Assembly (NCBI GenBank): GCA_018646625.1
Contig: JABGUJ010000002.1
Location: 1 to 64,000, forward strand
Reading direction: 5' to 3'
DNA length: 64,000 nucleotides
Source: Candidatus Woesearchaeota archaeon
GTDB lineage: Archaea > Nanobdellota > Nanobdellia > Woesearchaeales > JABGUJ01
Within the stretch, counting starts at the first letter, position 1; the number at the start of each line of letters is the position of its first letter. Made by a program: the position numbers and the translations under genes. Under the pieces are notes generated by a model. That model did not search any database and was not told where the DNA came from. It saw nothing but the letters and a program-made list of their open reading frames with translations. Positions 55,029 to 64,000 of this stretch are shown piece by piece.

Positions 55029-57602
55029 ATGGCTATTAGTGGTAATGGTGACACTGAAGACTTGGCTACGCCTCCGCCACCACCAACTCAAAAGAAAGGC
55101 TTTTTCTCATTCATGAAGCATTCTGACACGCCAGATAGCTCTAAGGATAAACAAAAGATTCTGAAAAAGAAAGAAGAGTTGTTAGATAAGCTTGCAAAGG
55201 CTATAGAAGATAAAAAAACCAAACTTGAGAAGCAAGAAGATGCTATTGATAAAAAGTTAGCAAAGCTTGAGAATAAAGAGAAAATCTACGTGGATAAGGG
55301 TGCTGAGAAAAAAGCAGAAAAACTTCTTAATGAAATTAACAAATTTAAGGTTGAGCGAGATTCTATTGCTAGTGAGATTGCGATAAAAAAGAAAGAGTTG
55401 AATGATATTATCAAACATCCTGCGGTTAATGAGATTCATAAGGCTAAGAAAGAACTAGAGAATCTTAATAATAAAGTAACAAAGAAGGCTAAAGAACTTA
55501 ATGAATACGAAGATAAACTTATTTCTAAATCAAGTTTGGTTGATGAAAAAGAAAAAACCTTGAAAGAGACTGCAAAGAAAATTGAGAAAGCTACTAAGCA
55601 TCTTCCTAAAAGTCATCATAAAATTTCTACTGACGTCGAGAAGCTGACGTCTGAGAAAAAAGAACTTGAACGAGAGATTAAGGAGCACAAAGAATCATTA
55701 TTGCATATGCGTAAAGAGGCTAGCTTGTTAACTGAAGAGAATAGTGAAACGCTAACTGAGTTTGAAGAATTACAGAAATCATTATCCGATAAACAAAAAA
55801 TTATGACTCAAGTAGAATCTGAGCAAACTGCTAAAGAAACAGTATTGGCTGAGAAAGAACAACATATTCTGGCTAAAGAAGAGAACATTGGTAAGATTAT
55901 TTCTGCTCTCGAGAACAGAGTTAAAAAGTTAGAAGAAAAAGAAAAAACCTTGATTGCTGAAGTCACTAGATTGGATGATAGAAAAGAAAGCATAAAAGAT
56001 GAATTGTCTAAGAAATCTGAGTTACTACATGATATTGCAGTCGATACAGCTTCAGTTCAAAAAGATAATAAAGGTAAAGCTGAAGAATTGGAAAAACTAA
56101 CAAAAGAAGTTGCTAATCGTCTTGGACTTATTGGTGATGTTGAGATACAACAACAAAAGCGTGCGGAATTCTTAGAAACTAAAGAGAAACTCATTCTCGA
56201 AAAAGAAAAAGAATTTGATAATATTGACGGTAAATTAGAGAAGAAGACTAGAGCATTAGAAGAAAAAGAAAAGAAATTACAATCTGAACTAGCTCTCTTA
56301 AAAGATAAACAAGAGAGTGTTAAGAAAGACATTGAGAAAAAAAGCTCATTGTTAGAGGAAATATCTAAAGATACGTTAGAACTTGAAAGAGTAAATAAAG
56401 ATCGAGAAAAGGATTTGGCTGCAAAAGAGACAGATCTTGACGAGAAAGAAGATGTTTTAGCACACTTAGAATCTGAAAACTTGAGAAAAGAAAAGCTGTT
56501 GGCTGAGAAAGAAAAAGAAGTCACTAGCAAGATTAACGAAGTAAATGCGCGGAATCAAGATTTAGATGCGGAAGCTGAGAAAATAAGTAACCAGATAATA
56601 GAGTTAACTACTAAACTTCATACTTTAGAGAAAGCTACTTTTGATAAACAAGAAGAATTAGACAAACTAAAAGCAGATGAGTCACAAATACTATCAGTTC
56701 TAGATGAGAAAGAATCTGAGATCACTAAAGCGGTACAATTATTAGAAGATGATAAAGAAATCTTGCTTGAGAAAGAAGATGAACTTATTAAAAGTATTAA
56801 AGAATTAGAATCTGACAAGAAACTCTTGTTGACTGAAGAAGATAAGATTATTAAAAAGATAAAAAGACTAGAAGACGATCAGAAAAAGTTAAAACAAAGA
56901 GAAAAAGACTTTGCTAACCGACAATTTGGTATTCTGGAAAAAGTAAAGAAAGAGAAGACTGACGTTAATTTGAAGATTAAAACATTACGTGATAACGAGA
57001 AGGATTTGGTGAAAAGAGAGAAAGCATTAGCTAAAAAACAAGTTAGAATAGATAAAGCTAAAGAATTAAAGGAAGATATCAAAAAATTAAGATCATTGAA
57101 GAAAAAGTTGATTACTGATAAGGAAAAAGCGGTTGATGAAGTTGAAGCAATCGGTTCCAGAGCACTTGACTTATCGGAAGTTGAACAAAAAGAAACAAAG
57201 CTAGCACAAAGAGAACAAATGATGCTTCATAAGCAGAATAAACTTGAGGCTTTGCAGAAAGAGATTGAAAGTGAACGATCTTTGATTCAACAACAAGAAG
57301 AAAGAGTTTCTGATAAAGCATTCCAAGAACAGGTTAGAGGCGAACTAAAACAATATTCTCATAGTGATAAAATTGAGAAAGAAATGATTAGTTCTGATGA
57401 TGTTAGTAGCTATAAATTGTATGAGTTGATTGATAAAGCTCAAAAAGCATTAGGTGATAAAGATCTTACTTTGGCTAAAAAATTGTATGGCCATATTTCT
57501 TATGTATATGAAAGAATACAAGTTCCTGCAGCTGAAAAAAGGAAAGTGTATTATGAAGTTCTAGAATTAAAGACTGATATAGAGTTAGCAGCAATGGATT
57601 AA
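55029..57602 (+). CDS. Long Lys/Glu-rich coiled-coil protein with a small C-terminal helical domain
   Basis: 857 aa, more than 700 aa of heptad-like K/E/L sequence, N-terminal PPPPP, no Walker motifs; GGGGTGA RBS. Confidence 0.8.
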   Translation: MAISGNGDTEDLATPPPPPTQKKGFFSFMKHSDTPDSSKDKQKILKKKEELLDKLAKAIEDKKTKLEKQEDAIDKKLAKLENKEKIYVDKGAEKKAEKLLNEINKFKVERDSIASEIAIKKKELNDIIKHPAVNEIHKAKKELENLNNKVTKKAKELNEYEDKLISKSSLVDEKEKTLKETAKKIEKATKHLPKSHHKISTDVEKLTSEKKELEREIKEHKESLLHMRKEASLLTEENSETLTEFEELQKSLSDKQKIMTQVESEQTAKETVLAEKEQHILAKEENIGKIISALENRVKKLEEKEKTLIAEVTRLDDRKESIKDELSKKSELLHDIAVDTASVQKDNKGKAEELEKLTKEVANRLGLIGDVEIQQQKRAEFLETKEKLILEKEKEFDNIDGKLEKKTRALEEKEKKLQSELALLKDKQESVKKDIEKKSSLLEEISKDTLELERVNKDREKDLAAKETDLDEKEDVLAHLESENLRKEKLLAEKEKEVTSKINEVNARNQDLDAEAEKISNQIIELTTKLHTLEKATFDKQEELDKLKADESQILSVLDEKESEITKAVQLLEDDKEILLEKEDELIKSIKELESDKKLLLTEEDKIIKKIKRLEDDQKKLKQREKDFANRQFGILEKVKKEKTDVNLKIKTLRDNEKDLVKREKALAKKQVRIDKAKELKEDIKKLRSLKKKLITDKEKAVDEVEAIGSRALDLSEVEQKETKLAQREQMMLHKQNKLEALQKEIESERSLIQQQEERVSDKAFQEQVRGELKQYSHSDKIEKEMISSDDVSSYKLYELIDKAQKALGDKDLTLAKKLYGHISYVYERIQVPAAEKRKVYYEVLELKTDIELAAMD

Positions 57603-57646
57603 AAAAATAAAATTAGTTCAGTGTAGTTTAACACTAAACTGTTTAC

Positions 57647-57775
57647 TTAGAAGAAAAAATCTCTGTGGTTTTCAGTCTTCTTGTAAGGTTTATTATCCCT
57701 ACGAGCTTGAGACTTTTCAACAGAAATTACTTCAAAATATTTTGTATTTACCTTACTTGCAACTGTTCTAGCCAT
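57647..57775 (-). CDS. Putative 42-aa small protein; not in the ORF track
   Basis: MARTVASKVNTKYFEVISVEKSQARRDNKPYKKTENHRDFFF*, preceded by GGGGA, a leader hairpin and a TATA-like TTATATATA. Fills an otherwise empty 300-bp gap. Confidence 0.45.
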   Translation of the reverse strand: MARTVASKVNTKYFEVISVEKSQARRDNKPYKKTENHRDFFF

Positions 57776-57904
57776 TTTATAATTTTCCCCAACGCATCCC
57801 CTGACGGGCTAATAATGCGCAATATAGTAGGAAGGAGTGGTGGTATATATAATTATGTGATTTCAAAAGGCATATTTAAATACTGAATTAATTGAATTTG
57901 GATT

Positions 57905-58264
57905 ATGCTTGAGATATATATCCATATCCTAGGTTTTCTGCTGTTTTCAGCGGTTTGTGTAGGTTCATTGATGTTTATTCTGTATGCTTTTGATGCTAAG
58001 AAACAATTAATTGCATTTTCTATCATTGTTGGCTTCATATACTCTCTAGGGGCTCATATATTCAAATTTCTCCAGTTAGATATTGTTTTTCTAAGGATTA
58101 TGTCTTATTATTTTCTACTCATTATAGTGCCTTATTTCGCCATTAAGCTGTTTTATGATGAAAGTTGGATGAGAGCTGGAGCAATGACACTTATTTGGCA
58201 CATAACTAACCTTTTATTGACATTTCTAGTTAATCATTTATTCTTGTTCTTGTATTACTTATAA
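57905..58264 (+). CDS. Small multi-pass membrane protein
   Basis: 119 aa with four hydrophobic segments. Confidence 0.65.
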   Translation: MLEIYIHILGFLLFSAVCVGSLMFILYAFDAKKQLIAFSIIVGFIYSLGAHIFKFLQLDIVFLRIMSYYFLLIIVPYFAIKLFYDESWMRAGAMTLIWHITNLLLTFLVNHLFLFLYYL

Positions 58265-58339
58265 AGGATATATAAAGGGACTATGAGATTTCTTCAAAAG
58301 ATTTAAAAACTAAGCGCCCCTATAGCATATTTGGTAAGC

Positions 58340-59731
58340 ATGATAGTTGGCGGGGACTTTTACGACTATGCACAGTGCCCTTGTAGGGTATTTCTTAATA
58401 AACACGGTGATCAAGCTAAGAGAACTGCTGTTTCAGATCTAATTCTTAAGCTAAAACAAGACAGTGTACTTCATAAAAAAGATGTAATTAAAGATATGAA
58501 ATATGCTGAAGTTGTGTTTAAAGATCTAGAAGAAGGCTTTAAGATGACATATTATCTGATGTCTACTGGCGTTCCTTTGATATATAATCCAGTATTAAAG
58601 TATGAAGAGTTCTTGGGTAGACCTGATTTATTGGTTAAAATGAAAGGTAAATCCAGATTTGGAAGCCATCATTATGTTCCTTGTTCTATCAAGATTGGAA
58701 AAAAACTGAAAGAAGAATACAAATTTCATTTAATGTACTATAGTTATTTACTCTCAATAATTCAAGGTGTTTATCCATCTACTGCATCTATCATTAATGC
58801 AGAAAAGAAAGATATCGCATTCAAGACAAATGAAGATAAGAAAAAGTTCGAAAAAGTAGTTGAACACATGAAAAGTATTTGCTTGGATAAAGAAAAAGTT
58901 GAACCTTCTTTAATCTCAGAATGTAAAGAATGTGTTTGGCAAAAACATTGCCTTGAACAGTTGAAAAAGAAAAAAGATTTATCTCTTGTTTATGGGCTGG
59001 GTACGGAAGATAGAGTGCTGCTTGAGAAAAGAGATGTTAAGAATATTAAAGATCTTTCAAAGATTGATGTTCCAAGAGTTGGTAAATTAAAAGGATTTAA
59101 TGAAAAAAAGTTGAAACAATGGGCTTTACAAGCAAAAAGCTTGTTAACTGATGAACCTATTGTTCTAAAAGAAGTTGAGTTTAACAAAGCAGAGACTGAA
59201 GTCTTCTTTGACATAGAGTGTGATTCTTCTCAGGGTGTTAATTATTTATTTGGAGCACTAGTTAGAGAGAAAGGTAAACGTGCAAAGTATATGGAGTTTT
59301 GGTCAGACAATGCTGAACAAGAAGAAGAGAAGTTTAGAGAGTTTTGTAAGTTTATTGATGGCTTAAAAAGAATTAAGATATATCATTATTCTACTTTTGA
59401 GAGAACTATGTTGAAAAAATTGTTGAAGAAATATAAGATATCTAAGAAAATATCTGAGAAGATAACCAAGAATCTTGTCGATCTATTTCCGTTAGTTACG
59501 AAATCTGTTGTATTGCCCGTTAGTTCTTACACTCTGAAGGATATAGCTGACTTTATGGGTTTTGAATGGAAGAATGAAAAATCATCAGGTGGTCAGAGTG
59601 TTTATTGGTATTCTCTTTGGCAAGAAGAAAATGATGAGAAGTACAAAAAATTATTGTTAGAATACAATATGAATGATTGTGAAGCACTTAAGGATATTAA
59701 AGAGTGGCTTGAGAAACAGAAATTAAACTAA
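58340..59731 (+). CDS. TM0106-family RecB/Cas4-like nuclease with a C-terminal RNase H-like domain
   Basis: YAQCP.R, GRPDLL, CKECVWQKHC, HhH-like VYGLG, FFDIE, YHYSTFE, YTLK and YNMND. Confidence 0.85.
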   Translation: MIVGGDFYDYAQCPCRVFLNKHGDQAKRTAVSDLILKLKQDSVLHKKDVIKDMKYAEVVFKDLEEGFKMTYYLMSTGVPLIYNPVLKYEEFLGRPDLLVKMKGKSRFGSHHYVPCSIKIGKKLKEEYKFHLMYYSYLLSIIQGVYPSTASIINAEKKDIAFKTNEDKKKFEKVVEHMKSICLDKEKVEPSLISECKECVWQKHCLEQLKKKKDLSLVYGLGTEDRVLLEKRDVKNIKDLSKIDVPRVGKLKGFNEKKLKQWALQAKSLLTDEPIVLKEVEFNKAETEVFFDIECDSSQGVNYLFGALVREKGKRAKYMEFWSDNAEQEEEKFREFCKFIDGLKRIKIYHYSTFERTMLKKLLKKYKISKKISEKITKNLVDLFPLVTKSVVLPVSSYTLKDIADFMGFEWKNEKSSGGQSVYWYSLWQEENDEKYKKLLLEYNMNDCEALKDIKEWLEKQKLN

Positions 59732-59733
59732 TT

Positions 59734-60315
59734 CTATTTGATCAGTTGTTTGGCTTCAGATGCTAAGAACATAATTAATCCTAGTGCTACCAGGCCAGAT
59801 GAAATAAAAATTCTAGTCATTTCTGAAATCAGATGACAAATAGTATTTGGACTGCATCCTTTGTCTATTAGTACTTCTGCAAATAACATTAGAAATGATG
59901 CGAGAATGAAGATGGCTGCAGATGATTTCACAAATATGGTCGTACTTTCCATTCTTAATGTCAAGTAAGAAACTACAATCACCACTATACTCATGATAAC
60001 TGGCAGTAATCCTGATAATTGGAGTATTTTTACATTTGATCCTATTAACAGTTTACTCATTTGTGGGAAAGTCGTAAAGAATATTGCAAAACATAATAAT
60101 AATATTCCTACGAGTAAAAACCGGCTGTTATCTTCATTATTCTCAATAAAGAATGCGAATATTAGTATTATGAAAGATACTGCAAACATGGCAGATATAA
60201 TGTGTACCATCATACCCCAGTACTGTGTGAGGTCTATGAACATATGATATACATTTGCAAGAAGTACAAGAAATATTGATACCTTCGCTAGATTCTTTAT
60301 GATCTCTGTGCTCAT
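59734..60315 (-). CDS. Hypothetical multi-pass membrane protein
   Basis: 193 aa with about 6 TM segments. Confidence 0.65.
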   Translation of the reverse strand: MSTEIIKNLAKVSIFLVLLANVYHMFIDLTQYWGMMVHIISAMFAVSFIILIFAFFIENNEDNSRFLLVGILLLCFAIFFTTFPQMSKLLIGSNVKILQLSGLLPVIMSIVVIVVSYLTLRMESTTIFVKSSAAIFILASFLMLFAEVLIDKGCSPNTICHLISEMTRIFISSGLVALGLIMFLASEAKQLIK

Positions 60316-60407
60316 GATTATTATTCTGCTAGTTCGCTTTTAATAGTTTTCGAAAAGATTAGCAAGATTTAATAGTTTGATATAGATTATTTCATCTAGG
60401 TGATAAT

Positions 60408-60599
60408 ATGGAATATGAGTTTCTTTCAATTTTGATCATAGTGTTGTTAGGACTTTGGAGTTTGCCTTGGAAAGGGGTGGCTTTATGGAAATCTGCAAGG
60501 AATAAGCAGAAAGTGTGGTTTGTTGTGCTATTCTTGGTTAATTCTTTAGCAATTCTTGAGATTATCTATCTTGTACGGTTCCAAAAGAAAAAGCGATAG
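60408..60599 (+). CDS. DUF5652-like small membrane protein
   Basis: WSLPWKGVALWKSARNKQKVWFVVL..VNSLAILEIIYL pattern; GGTGA RBS. Confidence 0.8.
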   Translation: MEYEFLSILIIVLLGLWSLPWKGVALWKSARNKQKVWFVVLFLVNSLAILEIIYLVRFQKKKR

Positions 60600-60630
60600 T
60601 TGCATAAGATTTATTAACTATTGAGATCAT

Positions 60631-61206
60631 TTGCCACTTATGGAGGAACAAGCACATCAATATACTATGAGGCATCACGGGCCTGGTACTTTTATGAGAT
60701 TTCCTCATACCAGATATGCCAGAACTGGAACTCAGGATGGTGATCTTGAAAGTGCAGTCGAAACTCCTGATTCTGATATTAATCTTCATCTGATGATTGC
60801 AGAACAGATTGGACTTAGTAGAATAGGTGATGGTGCAGGACTGTTTGATATTTTTTCACCGATGGCATCTTCAACTCATGCTTTAGTTTATTCTATTTCT
60901 GTTTACAGAGATCACCCGATGGACTGGTGGGGTCCACGTCTTGCTCATAGAGTTGGAATGTTGGATCGAAAGCAATGCAGTGCTGTCGGTGGAATGATAA
61001 TAAAACCTGGTGATTTTATTGGCGTAACTAGGGCAAGTCAATATGGAGATGTTGTGACGCATTTGTTAAATAATGATTTTGCAGGCGCCGTTTCACCAAT
61101 TAATATACATACTTATGATGAACCTGAAGAAATTGTAACTCAACGTGTTGTTGATAGAGCATTAGACTCACTAGTGGAATCAGGTGCTTGTTTAAGACTT
61201 GGTTGA
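60631..61206 (+). CDS. Hypothetical protein
   Basis: 191-aa ORF with a TATA-like element upstream; no motif recognised. Confidence 0.55.
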   Translation: MPLMEEQAHQYTMRHHGPGTFMRFPHTRYARTGTQDGDLESAVETPDSDINLHLMIAEQIGLSRIGDGAGLFDIFSPMASSTHALVYSISVYRDHPMDWWGPRLAHRVGMLDRKQCSAVGGMIIKPGDFIGVTRASQYGDVVTHLLNNDFAGAVSPINIHTYDEPEEIVTQRVVDRALDSLVESGACLRLG

Positions 61207-61433
61207 TTTTTTTTTCTGTATACTGCGAAGTAATATATCATAGCAATTAAGCCAAGACCATAACCTGAGATGAAGAATATTACGAAGAGAATTATCCATT
61301 CCATCAATCCTTTCTTACATGCATCTATTAACATGTAAATTCCAAATAAATATGATGCAACTAATGTAGTTATTAACAAGATTACAAGAATGACGATTAA
61401 TACAATAAGTATTGATCCCTCCGAGTATATCAT
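61140..61433 (-). CDS. Small two-TM membrane protein (PLDc_N-like pattern)
   Basis: GIYMLIDACKK....WIIL...G....IYYF; overlaps the HAD gene's stop. Confidence 0.6.
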   Translation of the reverse strand: MIYSEGSILIVLIVILVILLITTLVASYLFGIYMLIDACKKGLMEWIILFVIFFISGYGLGLIAMIYYFAVYRKKNQPSLKQAPDSTSESNALSTTR

Positions 61434-62110
61434 TTTAATATTTTTGTGAGTTCACTAATGTCATTAATAATATGATCTGCTTTAACATTCAACTTCTTTG
61501 TTTTATTATATTGCTCATAGCCGTATAATGCAAAACATGTTTGCATTCCTAGTTTTCTTGCACCGCCAACATCTTTAGCAGGTTGATCTCCCACCATCAT
61601 TACTTCTTCAGGTTTTAATTTAAGTTCTTTTAGAGCTTTTTCAAAAGGTATTCTTGATGGCTTTCTTTCTTTAACATCTCCAAATGCCACAACTAAGTCA
61701 AAGAAATGATCTAACTTTAATTCTACCAATCTAATCCAAGCTTTTAGTCTTGGAGCATCAGATACTATTGCAAGTTTGTATCCTCTTTCTCTTAGTTTAA
61801 TTAAAGTAGGAATTACATTAGGGTAAGGTTCAATAAGAGATATCTGTGCTTTTCTATATGCGATGATACCTGCCGCCAATATTCTGTAATCTATTTTTTT
61901 GTTTATTACTTTAAGAAAATCTTCAAAGACGTGCTTATATTCCATACCGTGTTTATCATATATCTTGTAAAGAACCTTTTTTGCTTTATCTGCGGAGACT
62001 GGTAGACCCGCTCCAATCATTGCAAAAACTGCTGCTGAGATACAATCGTGTTTCATACGAAGAAAGTCCATTAATGTGTTGTCTAAATCGAATAATATTG
62101 CTTTTACCAT
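61430..62110 (-). CDS. HAD-superfamily hydrolase (TIGR02253-like)
   Basis: FDLDNTL, IVSDA, KP and MVGDQPAKDVGGA. Confidence 0.92.
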   Translation of the reverse strand: MVKAILFDLDNTLMDFLRMKHDCISAAVFAMIGAGLPVSADKAKKVLYKIYDKHGMEYKHVFEDFLKVINKKIDYRILAAGIIAYRKAQISLIEPYPNVIPTLIKLRERGYKLAIVSDAPRLKAWIRLVELKLDHFFDLVVAFGDVKERKPSRIPFEKALKELKLKPEEVMMVGDQPAKDVGGARKLGMQTCFALYGYEQYNKTKKLNVKADHIINDISELTKILK

Positions 62111-62206
62111 ATGAATTTGAGGGTTTAAGCGATATTTAAGTGTTTTGATGGTTTTGAGAAAATTTATAAATAATTGCTTAAATTCTTGATGTTAGGTGGA
62201 ACTAAG

Positions 62207-62668
62207 ATGGTTGATTACGATACATTAAATTCATATGTTGATAGAACTAGTGAAGCGATTGAGCTTGCTAGAATTAGACTCGATCAGAGTCCTGCAGTGT
62301 ATAGAGTCGCATTAGGCGCAATTGAGCAACTCAAAAGTATGATTGTAAAGGCGCATCATGATACTTTAGATGTAGTTCCTGATATGGATCTGGCAGACCT
62401 TTTTACAGGGGATGTGTCTGACTATGCGCAGGCTTATGCTGTAGCTGAAGGGTATATTCTTAAAAGAATGGGTATGGTGGAATCTGTTGGTCCCGGTATT
62501 GGTGGCGTGCATCAAGTTCTTGCAGATGTAACTAGATTTAGATCGGATGGTAGACCGAATACAGTAGCATGTCAAGCTTTGGGAATTAGACTTGCAGAGT
62601 CTCCGGATGTCGCACTAGTTGATAGGGTTTTGAAAGAAACTTTTGAGATGGCTGTGCGAAAAGCGTAA
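62207..62668 (+). CDS. Hypothetical helical protein
   Basis: ATG at 62207 follows an AGGTGG RBS (the ORF is open from 62174). Confidence 0.6.
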   Translation: MVDYDTLNSYVDRTSEAIELARIRLDQSPAVYRVALGAIEQLKSMIVKAHHDTLDVVPDMDLADLFTGDVSDYAQAYAVAEGYILKRMGMVESVGPGIGGVHQVLADVTRFRSDGRPNTVACQALGIRLAESPDVALVDRVLKETFEMAVRKA

Positions 62669-62704
62669 GGAACTTTTTTATATTAATTCTTTATTTCTAT
62701 TTAT

Positions 62705-64000
62705 ATGATAAAAGAGGTGTTGGAGCTTATTTCTCCTTTGAAAAAAGCACTAAAGTATGTTTTCCTTGGTGCGTTGATATTAGAATTGCTTAAGCTAATT
62801 CCTAATGTAATATTCAAAGAGTTAATAGATTCATTAATAGTATTTGATAAATCTGGAATAAACTACGTTATATTTCTAGTTGTGCTTTCATTTGCTGTTT
62901 CAATAGTGGTTTCATTAACTGAAAAATTCTTTTATAATTTTAGTATTAAGACTATCGTAAAATCAGAAGTATCATTGATGAAAAAAGCTCAACAGAAACT
63001 AATGAATTTATCATTAGGTTATCATGAGAAACATCACACTGGAAAACAAGTTACAAGACTGACAAAAGGAATACATCACTTAAACGTTTTGATGTGGCAC
63101 TCAATATTTGACTTCATACCTGTGTGTCTACAAATAATCTACAGTACAACGTTCATTTTTTTTGTAAGTTGGAAAGTGGGAATATTATTTGTGATATTCA
63201 TACCTATATTCTTAGTCTACACTCACAAGATGGCGTTAAAAATACAACCCATTAGACACATTTATCATGAATGTTTTGAGAAAGCTTCTGGAAAACTTGG
63301 AGAGATGGTAATTAACATAAGAACAGTTAAAGATTTTAATCAAGAAGACGCTGAAAAAAAACTTTTTGATAACCAACTAGACTTATATCACCAATATGTA
63401 CAACAAAGAAGAGAATTTGAGAACTTTCATTTCACAATAAGAGATGTCATACTTCAAGTAGGAAGAATAATCACGCTTAGTGTCTCAATATATTTAGTAT
63501 ACATTGGAGAAATAACTGCGGGAAGTTTAGTTTTGATTGTTACTCTTAACGAGAAAGCATTTGCTTCTGTATATCGTGTTGGTAGAACTTATAATTATGT
63601 AGGAGATTCAATCTCAGGTGTTCAAAGACTAATTGATTTGATGAAAGAAAAAGCTTTGGTTATAGATAAGAAAAGTGCTAAATTATGCAAGAAACTTAAA
63701 GGAAGTATCGAGTTCAAGGATGTAGATTTTAGTTACACAAAAGGAGAACAAGTTCTAAAAGATATAAATTTCAAAGTAAAGCCTAAACAAGTGATAGCTT
63801 TAGTTGGAAGATCTGGCTGTGGGAAAAGCACAATAATAAAACTATTATACAGACATTTTGATATTGATTCTGGAACCATTCTATTAGATGGAAAAGATAT
63901 TACATCTTTCAAGATGGAATCTTTTAGAAAACATTTTGCTATTGTCTCTCAAGACGTAGAATTGTTTAATGCATCAATCTTAGAAAATTTGACATATGGT
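62705..64000 (+). CDS. ABC transporter fused permease/ATP-binding protein (exporter), truncated by the right window edge; not in the ORF track
   Basis: Translation from ATG 62705 (MIKEVLELISPLKK...) gives TM helices, then IEFKDVDFSY, an in-frame Walker A (ALVGRSGCGKST) and a Q-loop (IVSQDVELF). Confidence 0.9.
   Translation, partial: MIKEVLELISPLKKALKYVFLGALILELLKLIPNVIFKELIDSLIVFDKSGINYVIFLVVLSFAVSIVVSLTEKFFYNFSIKTIVKSEVSLMKKAQQKLMNLSLGYHEKHHTGKQVTRLTKGIHHLNVLMWHSIFDFIPVCLQIIYSTTFIFFVSWKVGILFVIFIPIFLVYTHKMALKIQPIRHIYHECFEKASGKLGEMVINIRTVKDFNQEDAEKKLFDNQLDLYHQYVQQRREFENFHFTIRDVILQVGRIITLSVSIYLVYIGEITAGSLVLIVTLNEKAFASVYRVGRTYNYVGDSISGVQRLIDLMKEKALVIDKKSAKLCKKLKGSIEFKDVDFSYTKGEQVLKDINFKVKPKQVIALVGRSGCGKSTIIKLLYRHFDIDSGTILLDGKDITSFKMESFRKHFAIVSQDVELFNASILENLTYG

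Noticed and set aside
55029..57602. SMC/Rad50 assignment
   Set aside because: No Walker A/B, signature motif, hinge or zinc hook.
58340..59731. cas4 of a CRISPR system
   Set aside because: The architecture fits stand-alone TM0106-type proteins, and there are no other cas genes or arrays.
61207..61215. T9 homopolymer as a phase-variation site
   Set aside because: It would alter only the C-terminal tail of a small membrane protein, and such runs are common in this AT-rich sequence.

Overview
AT-rich archaeal chromosomal window, most likely DPANN/Woesearchaeota. That assignment is inferred from the divergent archaeal 16S, the rpoE1-spt4-rps24e-rps27ae block, intron-bearing tRNAs including tRNA-Ile(UAU), and large orphan surface proteins. 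From left to right: the 5' part of a 16S rRNA gene; a small L41e gene missed by the ORF track; an ~0.8 kb insertion bounded by a copy of the tRNA-Glu 3' end; and two tRNAs. The top candidate novel system follows at 4066-8609, a tightly coupled five-gene operon resembling a complete ubiquitin-like conjugation system: a Ubl-like protein ending GG-YK, an E2-like protein, a tandem-ThiF E1, a JAB/MPN+ peptidase and a transglutaminase-fold Cys enzyme. Next come two paralogous clusters (about 9.9-19.2 kb and 41.4-52.1 kb) of class III signal peptide, giant Ig/FN3 Cys-rich and multi-TM proteins that are split into genes at different points. Between them lie an AglB-like OST, housekeeping genes, tRNA-Ser, a 49-aa ferredoxin:thioredoxin-reductase-like mini-protein and a ~16 kb Wzx/O-antigen-ligase-type glycan locus. 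The right end holds an MNT-HEPN module, a long coiled-coil protein, a TM0106-like nuclease, a HAD hydrolase and an ABC exporter cut off by the window edge. No CRISPR array or intact transposase/integrase was seen. All calls rest on manual motif recognition; no database searches were run.
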